DNA of 64,000 nucleotides from Bacterioplanoides sp. (lineage in GTDB: Bacteria > Pseudomonadota > Gammaproteobacteria > Pseudomonadales > Oceanobacteraceae). Position 1 is the stretch's first letter, and each line of letters opens with the position of its first letter. A model generated the notes under the pieces. The model was given only the letters and a program-made list of their open reading frames with translations, had not been told where the DNA came from and did no database searches. Positions 42,475 through 52,478 of the stretch are shown in pieces. Location: the NCBI RefSeq assembly GCF_965219715.1, contig NZ_OZ244785.1:484673-548672 (forward strand), in the 5' to 3' direction. A program made the position numbers and the translations under genes.

Positions 42475-42873
42475 ATGAAAAAACTAAATAAAAGCCCGGA
42501 AGAATGGCGCAAAGAGCTGGATCCGGAGACTTATCGCATTACTCGTGAAGCCGGAACTGAGCGTGCATTCACGGGTAAGTATTACGATTGTAAAGAGAAG
42601 GGCAGTTACGCCTGTGTGTGTTGCGGCGAGGTGCTGTTTTTCTCGGATGCAAAGTATGACTCAGGATGTGGTTGGCCGAGCTTTTTCCAACCGGCTGATG
42701 ATCAGGTGATAGAGGAGCGTCAGGATACCTCTCATTTTATGGTGCGAACCGAAGTGGTGTGTCAGCATTGTGATGCGCATCTTGGCCATGTTTTTACCGA
42801 TGGGCCAGCTCCGACCGGATTACGTTACTGCATTAACTCCGCGTCTATTCAACTAAACCCAGAAGATAGTTAG
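42475..42873 (+). CDS. msrB: Peptide-methionine (R)-S-oxide reductase
   Basis: [20 protein letters not shown] and RYCINS. Confidence 0.97.
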   Translation: MKKLNKSPEEWRKELDPETYRITREAGTERAFTGKYYDCKEKGSYACVCCGEVLFFSDAKYDSGCGWPSFFQPADDQVIEERQDTSHFMVRTEVVCQHCDAHLGHVFTDGPAPTGLRYCINSASIQLNPEDS

Positions 42874-42951
42874 TTATAGAAGGCGACCGCTTGGCATTTA
42901 TGCCACGGCCGCTGACCCAAAACCCATCTTGCGTGTTCTTATAATGATATG

Positions 42952-42965
42952 TATTGTGCACAATA
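42952..42965. promoter_or_regulatory. Candidate OhrR/OspR-type operator
   Basis: Perfect palindrome TATTGTGCACAATA upstream of the gpx-MarR pair. Confidence 0.5.
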
Positions 42966-43001
42966 TAAAAGTAAGCGATATATCTAATGTGAGACATACC
43001 A

Positions 43002-43481
43002 ATGAGTGTACTGAACTACGAAATGCCATTATTGAATGGTGAGATGCAAAACTTGGCTGAATATCAGGGAAGTGTTGTACTGATCGTTAATACCGCCAGT
43101 AAATGTGGTTTTACGCCGCAATACGAAGGTCTTGAGGCGATCTACCAGGACTACAAAGACAAAGGTCTGGTGATTCTGGGTTTCCCTTGTAATCAGTTTG
43201 GCAAGCAAGAGCAGGGCGATGCCAGTGAAATTGGTGCCTTTTGTCAGAAGAACTACGGAGTGTCTTTTCCGATGTTCTCCAAAATTGAAGTGAATGGTGA
43301 TAATGCTGCACCTCTCTATAATGACCTGAAAAAAGCAGCGCCGGGTGTAATGGGTACAAAAGGCATTAAGTGGAACTTCACTAAATTTCTGGTTAATAAA
43401 GAAGGCAAGGTGCTGAAGCGTTATGCGCCAACGACTAAGCCAGAGGATATCAAAGCTGATATTGAGGCTGCTCTGGCCTGA
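43002..43481 (+). CDS. Glutathione peroxidase
   Basis: NTASKCGFT, GFPCNQFG and WNFTKFL. Confidence 0.95.
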   Translation: MSVLNYEMPLLNGEMQNLAEYQGSVVLIVNTASKCGFTPQYEGLEAIYQDYKDKGLVILGFPCNQFGKQEQGDASEIGAFCQKNYGVSFPMFSKIEVNGDNAAPLYNDLKKAAPGVMGTKGIKWNFTKFLVNKEGKVLKRYAPTTKPEDIKADIEAALA

Positions 43482-43578
43482 TTGTCTGCGACCTGAATCA
43501 ACTTGGCTGTGTTCAGGTTGATTTATCCTGCTTTTGAATCTCTGAATATTTCAACGTTCGTAATAAAAGATCCGTTGC

Positions 43579-44031
43579 GTGACCATTAAGAAGCTCCCTC
43601 AGTTACATCTGGATAACCAACTCTGCTTTTCGGTCTACAGCCTGTCGCGTCAGATTACTCAGGCCTATCAGCCGTTGCTTAAGCCTTTAGGGCTGACTTA
43701 CCCGCAATATCTGGTGATGTTGGTTCTGTGGCAGGACTACGAAGAACAGCGTTTACCTGTATCGGTTAAACATCTTTGCCAGCAGTTGATGCTGGACACT
43801 GGGACCATCACTCCGCTGCTGAAGCGGATGGAATCAAATGGCTTGTTAACGCGACAGCGTTCTGAGCAGGATGAGCGGGTCGTGTTGGTGATGTTGAGCG
43901 AAGAGGGTATTGCTTTGAGAGATCAGGCGGCGAGTGTGCCGATCAAACTGGCGTGTGGGCATGGTTTTGATGTGAATGAAGCCATCAGCTTACGCGACAG
44001 AATTCGCTCCTGGTTAAAAGCCTGGCGTTGA
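43579..44031 (+). CDS. MarR family redox-sensing regulator (OhrR/OspR-like)
   Basis: LDNQLCF sensing Cys, LTYPQYLVML and DTGTITPLLKRME. Confidence 0.9.
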   Translation: MTIKKLPQLHLDNQLCFSVYSLSRQITQAYQPLLKPLGLTYPQYLVMLVLWQDYEEQRLPVSVKHLCQQLMLDTGTITPLLKRMESNGLLTRQRSEQDERVVLVMLSEEGIALRDQAASVPIKLACGHGFDVNEAISLRDRIRSWLKAWR

Positions 44032-44057
44032 TTTTTATCTGCCTAAGGCATTTCTGA

Positions 44058-44795
44058 TCAGAAATGTTTCTTCTTCCAGGATTCCTGTTCTTCCGCCAAT
44101 TGCTCAGCTGCGTCGGCCAGTTTATTGGTTGCAACCGCAGGGCGGGGGGCTAGATTCTGTAACATTTGTTTCGCTTCGGCTTCCAGTTTTCGTTGATCTT
44201 CACTGGGTTTTCGAATCGCTTTTAATGTTTTCAGCAGCTTATTGAGTTGAAGTTCGGCTTTGGCTGGGTTGTTTAAGCTAATGGCAGCCTTTGCTTGCGA
44301 AAAGAACACTGTGGTGACCAGGTTGACGTTTAACACTCGCAGTTCATTCAATAACAGGCTCGCCTTCTGCTGGTCGATCATTCTTTTTTTATAACAGGCC
44401 TTAATCAGTTCAATCTGTTGTTGAATGGATTTGCGCAGCTGCTTTGCTTTGAGTTCATCCTGAGGCAGGCGTGCTTTATGAGAAGGTGGGGATTGCAGCC
44501 AGTCTGAGGTTTGTTGAATGGCGTGTTTTACTTTGCTGTTAATCGGTAAGCCTATTTGTGCCAGGCTCACACCCGCTTGTGAAATCATGCCACACAACCA
44601 GCTGAAAGAATCTCCGCCCAGCCATGGATTAAGCGTATCTGCCAATTGGTATTGCAGATTAATAAAGTCCATGAGTTCAACTGACGCTCTTGCGCGCTCC
44701 AGTCTTTGCTGTTCGCGCCAGCGCACAAACCAGAGGGCGGTGGTGGCCGCGATAGCGGTAAAAACTGCGAGAATGATCAGGGCCGTGGTCGACAT
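44058..44795 (-). CDS. Membrane-anchored helical hypothetical protein
   Basis: Single N-terminal TM followed by a helical cytoplasmic region. Confidence 0.75.
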   Translation of the reverse strand: MSTTALIILAVFTAIAATTALWFVRWREQQRLERARASVELMDFINLQYQLADTLNPWLGGDSFSWLCGMISQAGVSLAQIGLPINSKVKHAIQQTSDWLQSPPSHKARLPQDELKAKQLRKSIQQQIELIKACYKKRMIDQQKASLLLNELRVLNVNLVTTVFFSQAKAAISLNNPAKAELQLNKLLKTLKAIRKPSEDQRKLEAEAKQMLQNLAPRPAVATNKLADAAEQLAEEQESWKKKHF

Positions 44796-44867
44796 TATTT
44801 TCCCATCCCGGGAGCTCTATTGTTAGCTATGTCCTTAGTGTAGTTGGATTTTTTTTATTTGTAGGGG

Positions 44868-44896
44868 TTGACGTAAGATCTAACTCTCTCTAATAT
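44868..44896 (+). promoter_or_regulatory. Sigma70 promoter of the tRNA cluster
   Basis: TTGACG-17-TAATAT followed by a GC-rich discriminator. Confidence 0.75.
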
Positions 44897-44916
44897 TCGC
44901 GCTCCTTGATTGAGAC

Positions 44917-44992
44917 GTCCCCATCGTCTAGAGGCCTAGGACACCGCCCTTTCACGGCGGTAACAGGGGTTCGAATCCCCTTGGGGATGCCA
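44917..44992 (+). tRNA. tRNA-Glu(TTC)
   Basis: 76-nt cloverleaf, anticodon TTC, encoded CCA. Confidence 0.98.
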
Positions 44993-45026
44993 TCTTCCTT
45001 CTGATTCAGAAGAAGATGCATTAAGT

Positions 45027-45102
<76 letters not shown>

Positions 45103-45170
45103 ATTTCTTTGTTGAAGTTGGAGTCGACGTTAAAATCAGGAAAGCAGCACTAGGCGCTGCAATACGGTGC

Positions 45171-45246
45171 GTCCCCATCGTCTAGAGGCCTAGGACACCG
45201 CCCTTTCACGGCGGTAACAGGGGTTCGAATCCCCTTGGGGATGCCA
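45171..45246 (+). tRNA. tRNA-Glu(TTC)
   Basis: Identical to the copy at 44917. Confidence 0.98.
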
Positions 45247-45285
45247 ACTTCTTATTTGCTTTGGTAAATAGAAGTTGCTGCATGT

Positions 45286-45361
<76 letters not shown>

Positions 45362-45418
45362 ATTCAAAAATGAGTTGGAAGCCGCAAGCACCGAAAATTG
45401 ATTTTTAAGAAAAAAGTC

Positions 45419-45446
45419 TTGCAAATCAATAAATTAGCTGTATTAT
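45419..45446 (+). promoter_or_regulatory. Internal sigma70 promoter before the third tRNA pair
   Basis: A-tract UP-like region, then TTGCAA-16-TATTAT and a GC-rich discriminator. Confidence 0.6.
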
Positions 45447-45466
45447 ACGCAGCAGCTAAACGATGC

Positions 45467-45542
45467 GTCCCCATCGTCTAGAGGCCTAGGACACCGCCCT
45501 TTCACGGCGGTAACAGGGGTTCGAATCCCCTTGGGGATGCCA
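45467..45542 (+). tRNA. tRNA-Glu(TTC)
   Basis: Identical to the copy at 44917. Confidence 0.98.
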
Positions 45543-45576
45543 CTTTCTTTTCAATGTGATTTGAAAGTTAGCATAA

Positions 45577-45652
<76 letters not shown>

Positions 45653-45683
45653 ATTCAAACCAAGCGTTTGAATAGAGATAAAT

Positions 45684-45711
45684 AAAAGCTGCACTTGATG
45701 CGGCTTTTTTT
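45684..45711. terminator. Terminator of the tRNA cluster
   Basis: AAAAGCTGCA..TGCGGCTTTTTTT. Confidence 0.7.
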
Positions 45712-45775
45712 ATGCCTGTCGTTCAGAGAAGCGTTATGTTGCGCCCGAAAATGCCACGGGCGCGTACATTCGAAA

Positions 45776-46189
45776 TCAGGCGTCGAACTGATCCGAGCTT
45801 TGCTGCAGCAGGGCTTTAACGGCATCGCGGTCAAAGCTACCGGATGTCTGATCATGCTCGGCTTCCTGCTCATCCAGTTTCTGGAACAGATCGATTTCTT
45901 CGTCCGACATAAAGTGCAAGCATTCGCCGCCGAAAAACCACAGCAGATCACGGTCAATAACCGGCGTCAGTTGTGGCTGATGAACCAGGATGCCCATAAG
46001 CCAGTCTTGTCCGGCGGCATAAGCTGAATCAGTGCGTTCCTCCAGTTGCTCAATCAGCTGCTGTAACTGGTGTAAAATCTCATCTGCTATAGCGCCAGGA
46101 TTCGACTCGTTGGCGCGTTGCATTCGTTGCTGTACCTGATTCAGCAATTGGATGTGATGGTTCAGGCGTTCATTTACAGGTTGATTCAT
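45776..46189 (-). CDS. Conserved hypothetical protein (PA2817-like)
   Basis: DRDLLWFFGGECLHFMSDEEIDLFQKLDE motif; lies next to the tRNA-Glu/Gly cluster. Confidence 0.75.
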   Translation of the reverse strand: MNQPVNERLNHHIQLLNQVQQRMQRANESNPGAIADEILHQLQQLIEQLEERTDSAYAAGQDWLMGILVHQPQLTPVIDRDLLWFFGGECLHFMSDEEIDLFQKLDEQEAEHDQTSGSFDRDAVKALLQQSSDQFDA

Positions 46190-46205
46190 AAAGGTACTTA
46201 TCAAG

Positions 46206-47123
46206 ATGGTTCCAGCGTTACAGGTGTCGGGCTTATCTAAAGTCTATGACAACGGCTTTCAGGCGTTGAAAGGCATTGATCTGACGGTAGAGCAGGGTGA
46301 TTTTTTTGCACTGCTCGGCCCGAACGGAGCTGGTAAGTCTACCACGCTTGGTATCGTATCGGGACTGGTGCAGAAAACGGCCGGAAGCGCAGCCATTATG
46401 GGGCATGATGTGAATACCCAGGCGTTTGATGCCAAACGTGATCTCGGGGTGGTGCCGCAGGAGTTTAATTTTAACCAGTTTGAGAAAGTGCGCGATATTG
46501 TTGTGACTCAGGCGGGTTTTTTTGGTTTGACCGCCAGTCAGGCGGGTGATAATGCGGATTACTTATTAAAAGCACTGGATCTTTGGGATAAGCGTGACAC
46601 CCAGGCGCGTATGCTATCTGGTGGCATGAAGCGCCGGTTAATGATTGCCCGGGCCTTGGTTCACAAGCCGAAAGTGTTGATTCTGGATGAACCGACCGCT
46701 GGTGTTGATATTGAGCTGCGTCGTTCCATGTGGGAATTTATGCAGCAATTAAATCAACAGGGAACCACCATTATTTTAACGACGCATTACCTCGAAGAAG
46801 CTGAGCAATTGTGTCGTAATATCGCCATTATCAATCAGGGAGAGATTGTTAAGGCAACCAGTACCCGAGAGCTGCTGTCGCAATTGCACACCGAAACGTT
46901 TGTTTTTGATCTGGATTCAGCCGTGCCTGAGGGTTTGCAGTTGCCAGGCTATGACGTTTCCGTTGCTTCCCAGGACTGCATCGAAATAACGGTCGAAAAA
47001 GGCCAGAGCATTAATGCTATTTTTCAGCAATTAACGGAAGTGGGATTAGAAGTACGTAGTATGCGGACAAAATCCAATCGTCTGGAAGAGTTGTTTGTTA
47101 ATCTTGTTCAGGAGTCAAAGTAA
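46206..47123 (+). CDS. yadG: ABC transporter ATP-binding protein (YadG-like)
   Basis: GPNGAGKST, LSGGMKRR and DEPTAGVD. Confidence 0.88.
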   Translation: MVPALQVSGLSKVYDNGFQALKGIDLTVEQGDFFALLGPNGAGKSTTLGIVSGLVQKTAGSAAIMGHDVNTQAFDAKRDLGVVPQEFNFNQFEKVRDIVVTQAGFFGLTASQAGDNADYLLKALDLWDKRDTQARMLSGGMKRRLMIARALVHKPKVLILDEPTAGVDIELRRSMWEFMQQLNQQGTTIILTTHYLEEAEQLCRNIAIINQGEIVKATSTRELLSQLHTETFVFDLDSAVPEGLQLPGYDVSVASQDCIEITVEKGQSINAIFQQLTEVGLEVRSMRTKSNRLEELFVNLVQESK

Positions 47124-47899
47124 TGTCTGTGATGCAGGTGCAGTGGATTGCTCTGAAAACAATTGTTACCAAAGAAATTCGTCGCTTTATGCGCATCTGG
47201 CAGCAAACGCTGGTGCCACCCGCAATTACAATGACGCTGTATTTTATTATTTTTGGTAATCTGATTGGCTCACGCATTGGTGAAATGGGTGGGGTCGATT
47301 ATATGGCGTTTATCGTCCCGGGATTAATTATGATGAGCGTGATTACCAATGCTTACGGTAATGTTGCCTCATCATTTTTCAGCAATAAATTTCAGCGTAG
47401 CGTTGAAGAAATGATGGTTGCCCCAGTGCATCCCGGAACTATTTTGCTGGGATTTGTCGCGGGTGGTGTGGCTCGTGGTGTGCTCGTTGGTTTGATCGTC
47501 ACCCTGTTGTCACTCTATTTTACTCAGTTACAGATTCATAATATTTTCGTTGTTGTGGCGGTAATATTATTGTCGGCGGTGTTGTTTTCATTGGGTGGAT
47601 TTATTAATGCGATTTTTGCCAATAAATTCGATGATATTTCAATTATTCCAACCTTTGTTATAACGCCTCTGACGTATCTGGGTGGTGTGTTTTATTCCAT
47701 CGGTTTATTGCCTGAATTCTGGCAAAGTGTTTCGATGTTTAATCCTATCTTATACATGGTTAATACCTTCCGTTACGGCATTTTAGGCGTGTCGGACGTT
47801 GATTTGTTAACCTCATTTATCATGTTGTTTGTCTTTATTATTGTTGCATCGCTCTATTGCATCTGGTTGATGCGTCGTGGTGTTGGTATGAGACAATAA
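47123..47899 (+). CDS. yadH: ABC-2 transporter permease (YadH-like)
   Basis: KEIRRFMRIWQQTLVPP and TPLTYLGGVFY. Confidence 0.88.
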   Translation: MSVMQVQWIALKTIVTKEIRRFMRIWQQTLVPPAITMTLYFIIFGNLIGSRIGEMGGVDYMAFIVPGLIMMSVITNAYGNVASSFFSNKFQRSVEEMMVAPVHPGTILLGFVAGGVARGVLVGLIVTLLSLYFTQLQIHNIFVVVAVILLSAVLFSLGGFINAIFANKFDDISIIPTFVITPLTYLGGVFYSIGLLPEFWQSVSMFNPILYMVNTFRYGILGVSDVDLLTSFIMLFVFIIVASLYCIWLMRRGVGMRQ

Positions 47900-47925
47900 T
47901 CAGAAAATTATTCGCAGGAAAATGT

Positions 47926-48747
47926 ATGACTTCCGTAAATAGTGAACACAATCCCCTCGGTCAGGTATCCGAATACAAGGATGTGTATGATCCGACCTTG
48001 CTCTATCCAATTGCTCGGGATGAAAGTTGGAAAAATCAGGGGCTTGATCGTTATCAGGTGCCGTTTTTTGGTCTGGATATCTGGAATAGTTATGAGATTT
48101 CCTGGCTGAACCCTAAAGGCAAACCACATGTGTGCCTGGCGGAGTTTCGTATTCCTGCGACGTCGGAGTTTCTGATAGAATCGAAGTCCTTCAAGTTGTA
48201 TCTCAACTCCTATAACCAGACTAAGGTTGCTTCTGCGGAAGAAGTGCGTGCACGTATGGCCCGTGATTTGTCGGCAGCAGCGGGTGCGCCGGTTGAGGTG
48301 ATTTTTCATCCAATTGATGCAACGTTTGCGTCGGCGCCAGCTGCATTATGCATCGATGATGAAGACATCAGTGTTGAGAGTTACGAGTTGGATGCCTCAT
48401 TGCTTAAGGTATCGGAAGGGGAGTTTGATGGTTGGTTGTGCAGCCATCTGTTGAAATCCAACTGTCCGGTTACCGGGCAACCCGATTGGGGCAGCCTGTT
48501 TATCCGATACAAGGGTAAGCAAATCGATAAGGCTGGATTATTGTCTTATGTGGTTTCGCTGCGCCAGCATCAGGACTTTCATGAGCAGTGTGTTGAGCGC
48601 ACGTTCCGCGACATTATGCTGGCTTGTCAGCCGGAAGCGTTAACGGTTTACGCCCGTTATGTGCGTCGAGGTGGTTTGGATATTAATCCGTTCCGCAGTA
48701 CCGATGCAGAGGCTGAAGCGATCAACTTCCGTTTGTCCCGACAGTAA
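47926..48747 (+). CDS. queF: NADPH-dependent 7-cyano-7-deazaguanine reductase
   Basis: IESKSFKLYLNS, SNCPVTGQPD and FHEQCVE; ATG at 47926. Confidence 0.97.
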   Translation: MTSVNSEHNPLGQVSEYKDVYDPTLLYPIARDESWKNQGLDRYQVPFFGLDIWNSYEISWLNPKGKPHVCLAEFRIPATSEFLIESKSFKLYLNSYNQTKVASAEEVRARMARDLSAAAGAPVEVIFHPIDATFASAPAALCIDDEDISVESYELDASLLKVSEGEFDGWLCSHLLKSNCPVTGQPDWGSLFIRYKGKQIDKAGLLSYVVSLRQHQDFHEQCVERTFRDIMLACQPEALTVYARYVRRGGLDINPFRSTDAEAEAINFRLSRQ

Positions 48748-48780
48748 GCGTCTCTGGATTATTGAATGTGTGGCCTGCTG

Positions 48781-50169
48781 TCAGGCCACAATATTGTTAC
48801 GGATTTTACTGGCGGCTTTTTCTAGTGCCGCTGCGACAGCATCACGATCTTCTTCGCGGATTTTGTCCGACTCCAGATGAAGCGAGAACCCGTCGGTTTC
48901 ATGATTCATAAAGCTTGGGTTGGCACCCAGATCACGACGGTAGTCAATGATTTGATATAACGGGAGAGGGTCGCGGAAACCTTTTACTTCCGCCGTGCCG
49001 CGTTTGCGGCAGATGATCTTATCTTTCACCAGGGCATAGGTTTCGTGTGAAATCAGAATTTCGCCGGGCTCTGCTTTGGATTCCAGGCGGCTGGCGAGGT
49101 TCACTTCTTTGCCAATGATGGTGTAATCCATACGGCTTTCGGTACCGAAATTCCCAACCGTACAATAACCGGTGTTGATGCCCATGCGAATTTGCAGGGG
49201 AGCCGTCATACCTATTTCTGCCCATTGTTTTCTCAGGCGTAACATGTGACGGCGCATTTCGATTGCCATTGAAACACAGGCGATGGCATCACCTTTTGTG
49301 CCTTTGCTGGATGGATCGCCGAAGAAGATCATCATGCCGTCACCGATGAACTTATCAATGGTGCCGCCATATTTCAGGGCGATGCGCGACATGTCGGTCA
49401 GGTACTGATTAAGCAGGTCGGTGAACGCTTCTGCTTCCATTTGCTCTGATAAGGCTGAAAAGCCAACGATGTCTGAGAAGAAGATCACCAGCTTTTTTCG
49501 CTGAGTTTCAAGTTTTGCCTGACGCCTGCCGGAAAAAATGGACTGCCAGACCTGGGGGGCGACATAGCGGGATACTTGTTGAGACAGCGCCTGAAAGCGT
49601 TCAACCTGGCCCTGAAACTTGAGTTTCAGTCGCATCAGATCACGAGCTTGGCGATTGCTGTTAAATGCCGAAATGGCCAGATGCATACCAACGCCCAGGG
49701 CCGCGGTGATAAATACCGGGTCCGGAATGGGGGCTGCTTTGTGGTAGCCAAACATCAACAGGCCGGCTGCTCCACCGGAGACCAGTGAAATGACACAAAA
49801 CGCCCACGCAGTCACGCTGCCGACAATAATAAAGCTGGTGTTGATCATGATCAGAAACAGCACCACCAATTCTATTGGTAAATGCAGATAGGCCAGGAAG
49901 ATTCCACACAATACGGCGTCGCCATGAATCAGAAACTGACGCGTGGAATAAGCGTGACGCTTGCGAAAAGGGCGGCTGATGACGTGGACCAGATGAGGGT
50001 ATAGCAAGGCGATGATAACAACGCCGTATGCACTGGCGCTGTAATGGTTCTGAATAATGCCAACCAGGGTGGTAACCACGGCAACACTATAGCCCATGAT
50101 CCGGGCGAGATAGTCTTGTTTAGGCAGAGTTGTCTCTGAAAATTGAGCCGTTTCTTGCGGGTCAAACAT
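48781..50169 (-). CDS. cyaB: Membrane class III adenylate cyclase (MASE2 plus cyclase domain)
   Basis: Six N-terminal TMs, FFSDIVGF, DKFIGDG and GKEVNLASRLE; ATG at 50169. Confidence 0.85.
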   Translation of the reverse strand: MFDPQETAQFSETTLPKQDYLARIMGYSVAVVTTLVGIIQNHYSASAYGVVIIALLYPHLVHVISRPFRKRHAYSTRQFLIHGDAVLCGIFLAYLHLPIELVVLFLIMINTSFIIVGSVTAWAFCVISLVSGGAAGLLMFGYHKAAPIPDPVFITAALGVGMHLAISAFNSNRQARDLMRLKLKFQGQVERFQALSQQVSRYVAPQVWQSIFSGRRQAKLETQRKKLVIFFSDIVGFSALSEQMEAEAFTDLLNQYLTDMSRIALKYGGTIDKFIGDGMMIFFGDPSSKGTKGDAIACVSMAIEMRRHMLRLRKQWAEIGMTAPLQIRMGINTGYCTVGNFGTESRMDYTIIGKEVNLASRLESKAEPGEILISHETYALVKDKIICRKRGTAEVKGFRDPLPLYQIIDYRRDLGANPSFMNHETDGFSLHLESDKIREEDRDAVAAALEKAASKIRNNIVA

Positions 50170-50349
50170 CGTCAGAACCTGAATCGTTGTTGTTATTAGT
50201 CGGCGCTGGCAGAGCAAAGGCGGCGAATCTGTACATCTATATACCCAGAATTGGCGTCAGCAGCAAGTCATTGACTCTTAAGTCAGGCTGCTATGTCGTT
50301 GATGTCAGGATACAATAGTGACATTTCAAAATTATTGATCTGGAACTTT

Positions 50350-50916
50350 ATGGACGCCTTGCAAAATATCTTACAACGGGTTTCTGCGCCGCAACTGACC
50401 GGCCCGGATGTTACTGCTGAACAGCTGGATACCCTGATTCAGGCTGCATTGAGAGCACCTGATCATGCGTGGCTACGACCAAGTCATTACATCTCGGTTC
50501 AGGGTGAAGGTCGTGTTGCTTTAGGTGAGGTGTTTTATCAGGCAACACCCGATCGGGAGCAGTTATCGCCGGAGAAGCAGCAAAAGATCCGTAACATGGC
50601 GATGCGTGCACCGCTGGTATTGGTTGCGGTGACCAAAATCGTTGACCACCCGAAGGTGCCGAGGGAGGAATTATTGCTCTCCACCGGTGCGGGAATTCAG
50701 AATATTCTGAGTGCGGCCTGGGCGATGGGGCTGGGTGCCATCTGGCGTACCGGTGATTTGGCGTATAACTCTGGAGTGAAGCAGGAATTAGGGTTGGCGG
50801 ATGATGAAGAAATTGTTGGTTTTATCTATGTGGGCCACGTGAACTGCAAGCTGAAACAACCGCCCGAACTTAGCAGTGCTGATTTCTTAACCAGCTGGGA
50901 TGGAAAAAGCGAATAA
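50350..50916 (+). CDS. Nitroreductase family protein (YdjA-like)
   Basis: AALRAPDHAWLRP and GAIWRTG; ATG at 50350. Confidence 0.88.
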   Translation: MDALQNILQRVSAPQLTGPDVTAEQLDTLIQAALRAPDHAWLRPSHYISVQGEGRVALGEVFYQATPDREQLSPEKQQKIRNMAMRAPLVLVAVTKIVDHPKVPREELLLSTGAGIQNILSAAWAMGLGAIWRTGDLAYNSGVKQELGLADDEEIVGFIYVGHVNCKLKQPPELSSADFLTSWDGKSE

Positions 50917-50940
50917 AAACAAAGAATTAGAGATAAGGTG

Positions 50941-50969
50941 TTGACCTTGGAAGAATCACTGCGTATAGT
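50941..50969 (+). promoter_or_regulatory. Sigma70 promoter of tRNA-Ser
   Basis: TTGACC-17-TATAGT followed by a GC-rich discriminator. Confidence 0.8.
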
Positions 50970-50996
50970 TCGCGGCCTCTGACGTTGAGTCAGCTT

Positions 50997-51084
50997 GGTG
51001 AGGTGTCCGAGTGGCCGAAGGAGCACGCCTGGAAAGTGTGTATACCGAAAGGTATCGAGGGTTCGAATCCCTCCCTCACCGCCA
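50997..51084 (+). tRNA. tRNA-Ser(GGA)
   Basis: 88 nt with long variable arm, anticodon GGA, encoded CCA. Confidence 0.97.
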
Positions 51085-51095
51085 CTAATTCTATT

Positions 51096-51122
51096 AAAGC
51101 CCTGATTTATCAGGGCTTTTTT
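51096..51122. terminator. Terminator after tRNA-Ser
   Basis: AAAGCCCTGAT-TT-ATCAGGGCTTTTTT. Confidence 0.8.
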
Positions 51123-51138
51123 ATGTCTGCTAGAAAGC

Positions 51139-51157
51139 TATCCCCCAGGTTATCCCC
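51139..51157. repeat. Direct repeat TATCCCC with 12-bp period, candidate integrase arm-type sites
   Basis: TATCCCCcaggtTATCCCC about 55 bp from the tRNA 3' end. Confidence 0.5.
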
Positions 51158-51170
51158 TTGTAGTCATTAT

Positions 51171-52268
51171 TTAGGTCTTGTTATGAAAAGCTGCATAAAT
51201 AAGATCTTCAATAACCTCGTACTGCTTTTTTCCCGTTCTAGTAGCGAGCTTTTTTAGCTGAGTCTTACTTTCGGGAGAAATTTTTGTACTTAGTGCGACC
51301 CGCCCGGAGTTTTTAGCCCGATTGCGTCTGACCCCTAGATTGTTGCTGAAATTTTTATCGTATAGTTCTCGTTCAATGTAACTGGCATCCCATAAGCGCA
51401 GCATGGCGTTCAATACTCTCATCTTTGTTGAATACTCGGTGTTTTGTAGATGATTCTGGGCTTGGAGAATTGAAGCTGGAACGTGATCAGAGTACCGGTC
51501 AATGTGGTCAATCAAATGACTTGCCGCCCACTCTTCTGATGCGTCTTTAGGCTTAAGACGGTTGAAAGTGTCCAGGGATCTTTTAGGCCGAGATGGCTGG
51601 CTATTAGGAGCGCTTGTAGACCGTGACTCAATGAGTTTTTGTTTTCTTCGGAACTCAGAATGAAGATACCTTAGGAGGTAGGTTTTGTTGATCCATCGTG
51701 TTGGAAATGTATCCAAAGCCTCGAACAAATCCTCAGCGCTACTCGATATTGAAATGTCAGCATCTTTAATGGGGTGGGCACCCAAGTCGATTGAGCTTAA
51801 TAGTTCACTGGAAACAGGAGGAAAGACATTATCTTCAATTCGTCCTGCGGGTCCTCGTTTGATTCGTCTCCACCTATTAGCTGGTCCGTCGTTTATGGCC
51901 TTATCAAAGGCATCCTCTATTTGCTTCAGTGAACCTCTATGAAAGGTATTGAGTAGGCAGATCACATAGGTTCGTTCTACGTCGTTTTCGATTAGCCATG
52001 GAAAGTCTGAAGGCGATTTTGCATCTTCTATTTCGGATTCCACAAAGCGCTTTAACTGGGCATTTGCTGAACCTTCTTCTTTCAAGTTAGTGCTGTATAT
52101 GCCTGGATTCTCATCTTTGAAGATGATGGGTACAGTGGTCTTTATCCGACTTATTCTATCTTCTTTCATAAAATTACACAGTAATAAATAGATAATAAAA
52201 AGATAGTATAAAGGTAATTTAATGTGAAATATAAATGGATGAATTCCTCTGTAATAAAGGATTTCCAC
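51171..52268 (-). CDS. Island hypothetical protein with C-terminal ribbon-helix-helix-like segment
   Basis: C-terminal RVALSTKISPESKTQLKKLATRTGKKQYEVIEDLI. Confidence 0.7.
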   Translation of the reverse strand: MEILYYRGIHPFIFHIKLPLYYLFIIYLLLCNFMKEDRISRIKTTVPIIFKDENPGIYSTNLKEEGSANAQLKRFVESEIEDAKSPSDFPWLIENDVERTYVICLLNTFHRGSLKQIEDAFDKAINDGPANRWRRIKRGPAGRIEDNVFPPVSSELLSSIDLGAHPIKDADISISSSAEDLFEALDTFPTRWINKTYLLRYLHSEFRRKQKLIESRSTSAPNSQPSRPKRSLDTFNRLKPKDASEEWAASHLIDHIDRYSDHVPASILQAQNHLQNTEYSTKMRVLNAMLRLWDASYIERELYDKNFSNNLGVRRNRAKNSGRVALSTKISPESKTQLKKLATRTGKKQYEVIEDLIYAAFHNKT

Positions 52269-52478
52269 AGATTTATCTAACTCCAGAGCAGAATTTTGAG
52301 CTTCTAAAGCTCGATAGGGCAGCCGTATCGGGTCTTGAAGTAGGTTGATCTAAGCGTTCTTGGTGTCGGTTATAACTAGTATTACCAGCTGACTTATACA
52401 TAAGCAGTTGAGGAGCTGGAGAGAGGAAAAATACACATTGGGTTGATGCCTTGTACTAACACAACAAGGTAACTACCA

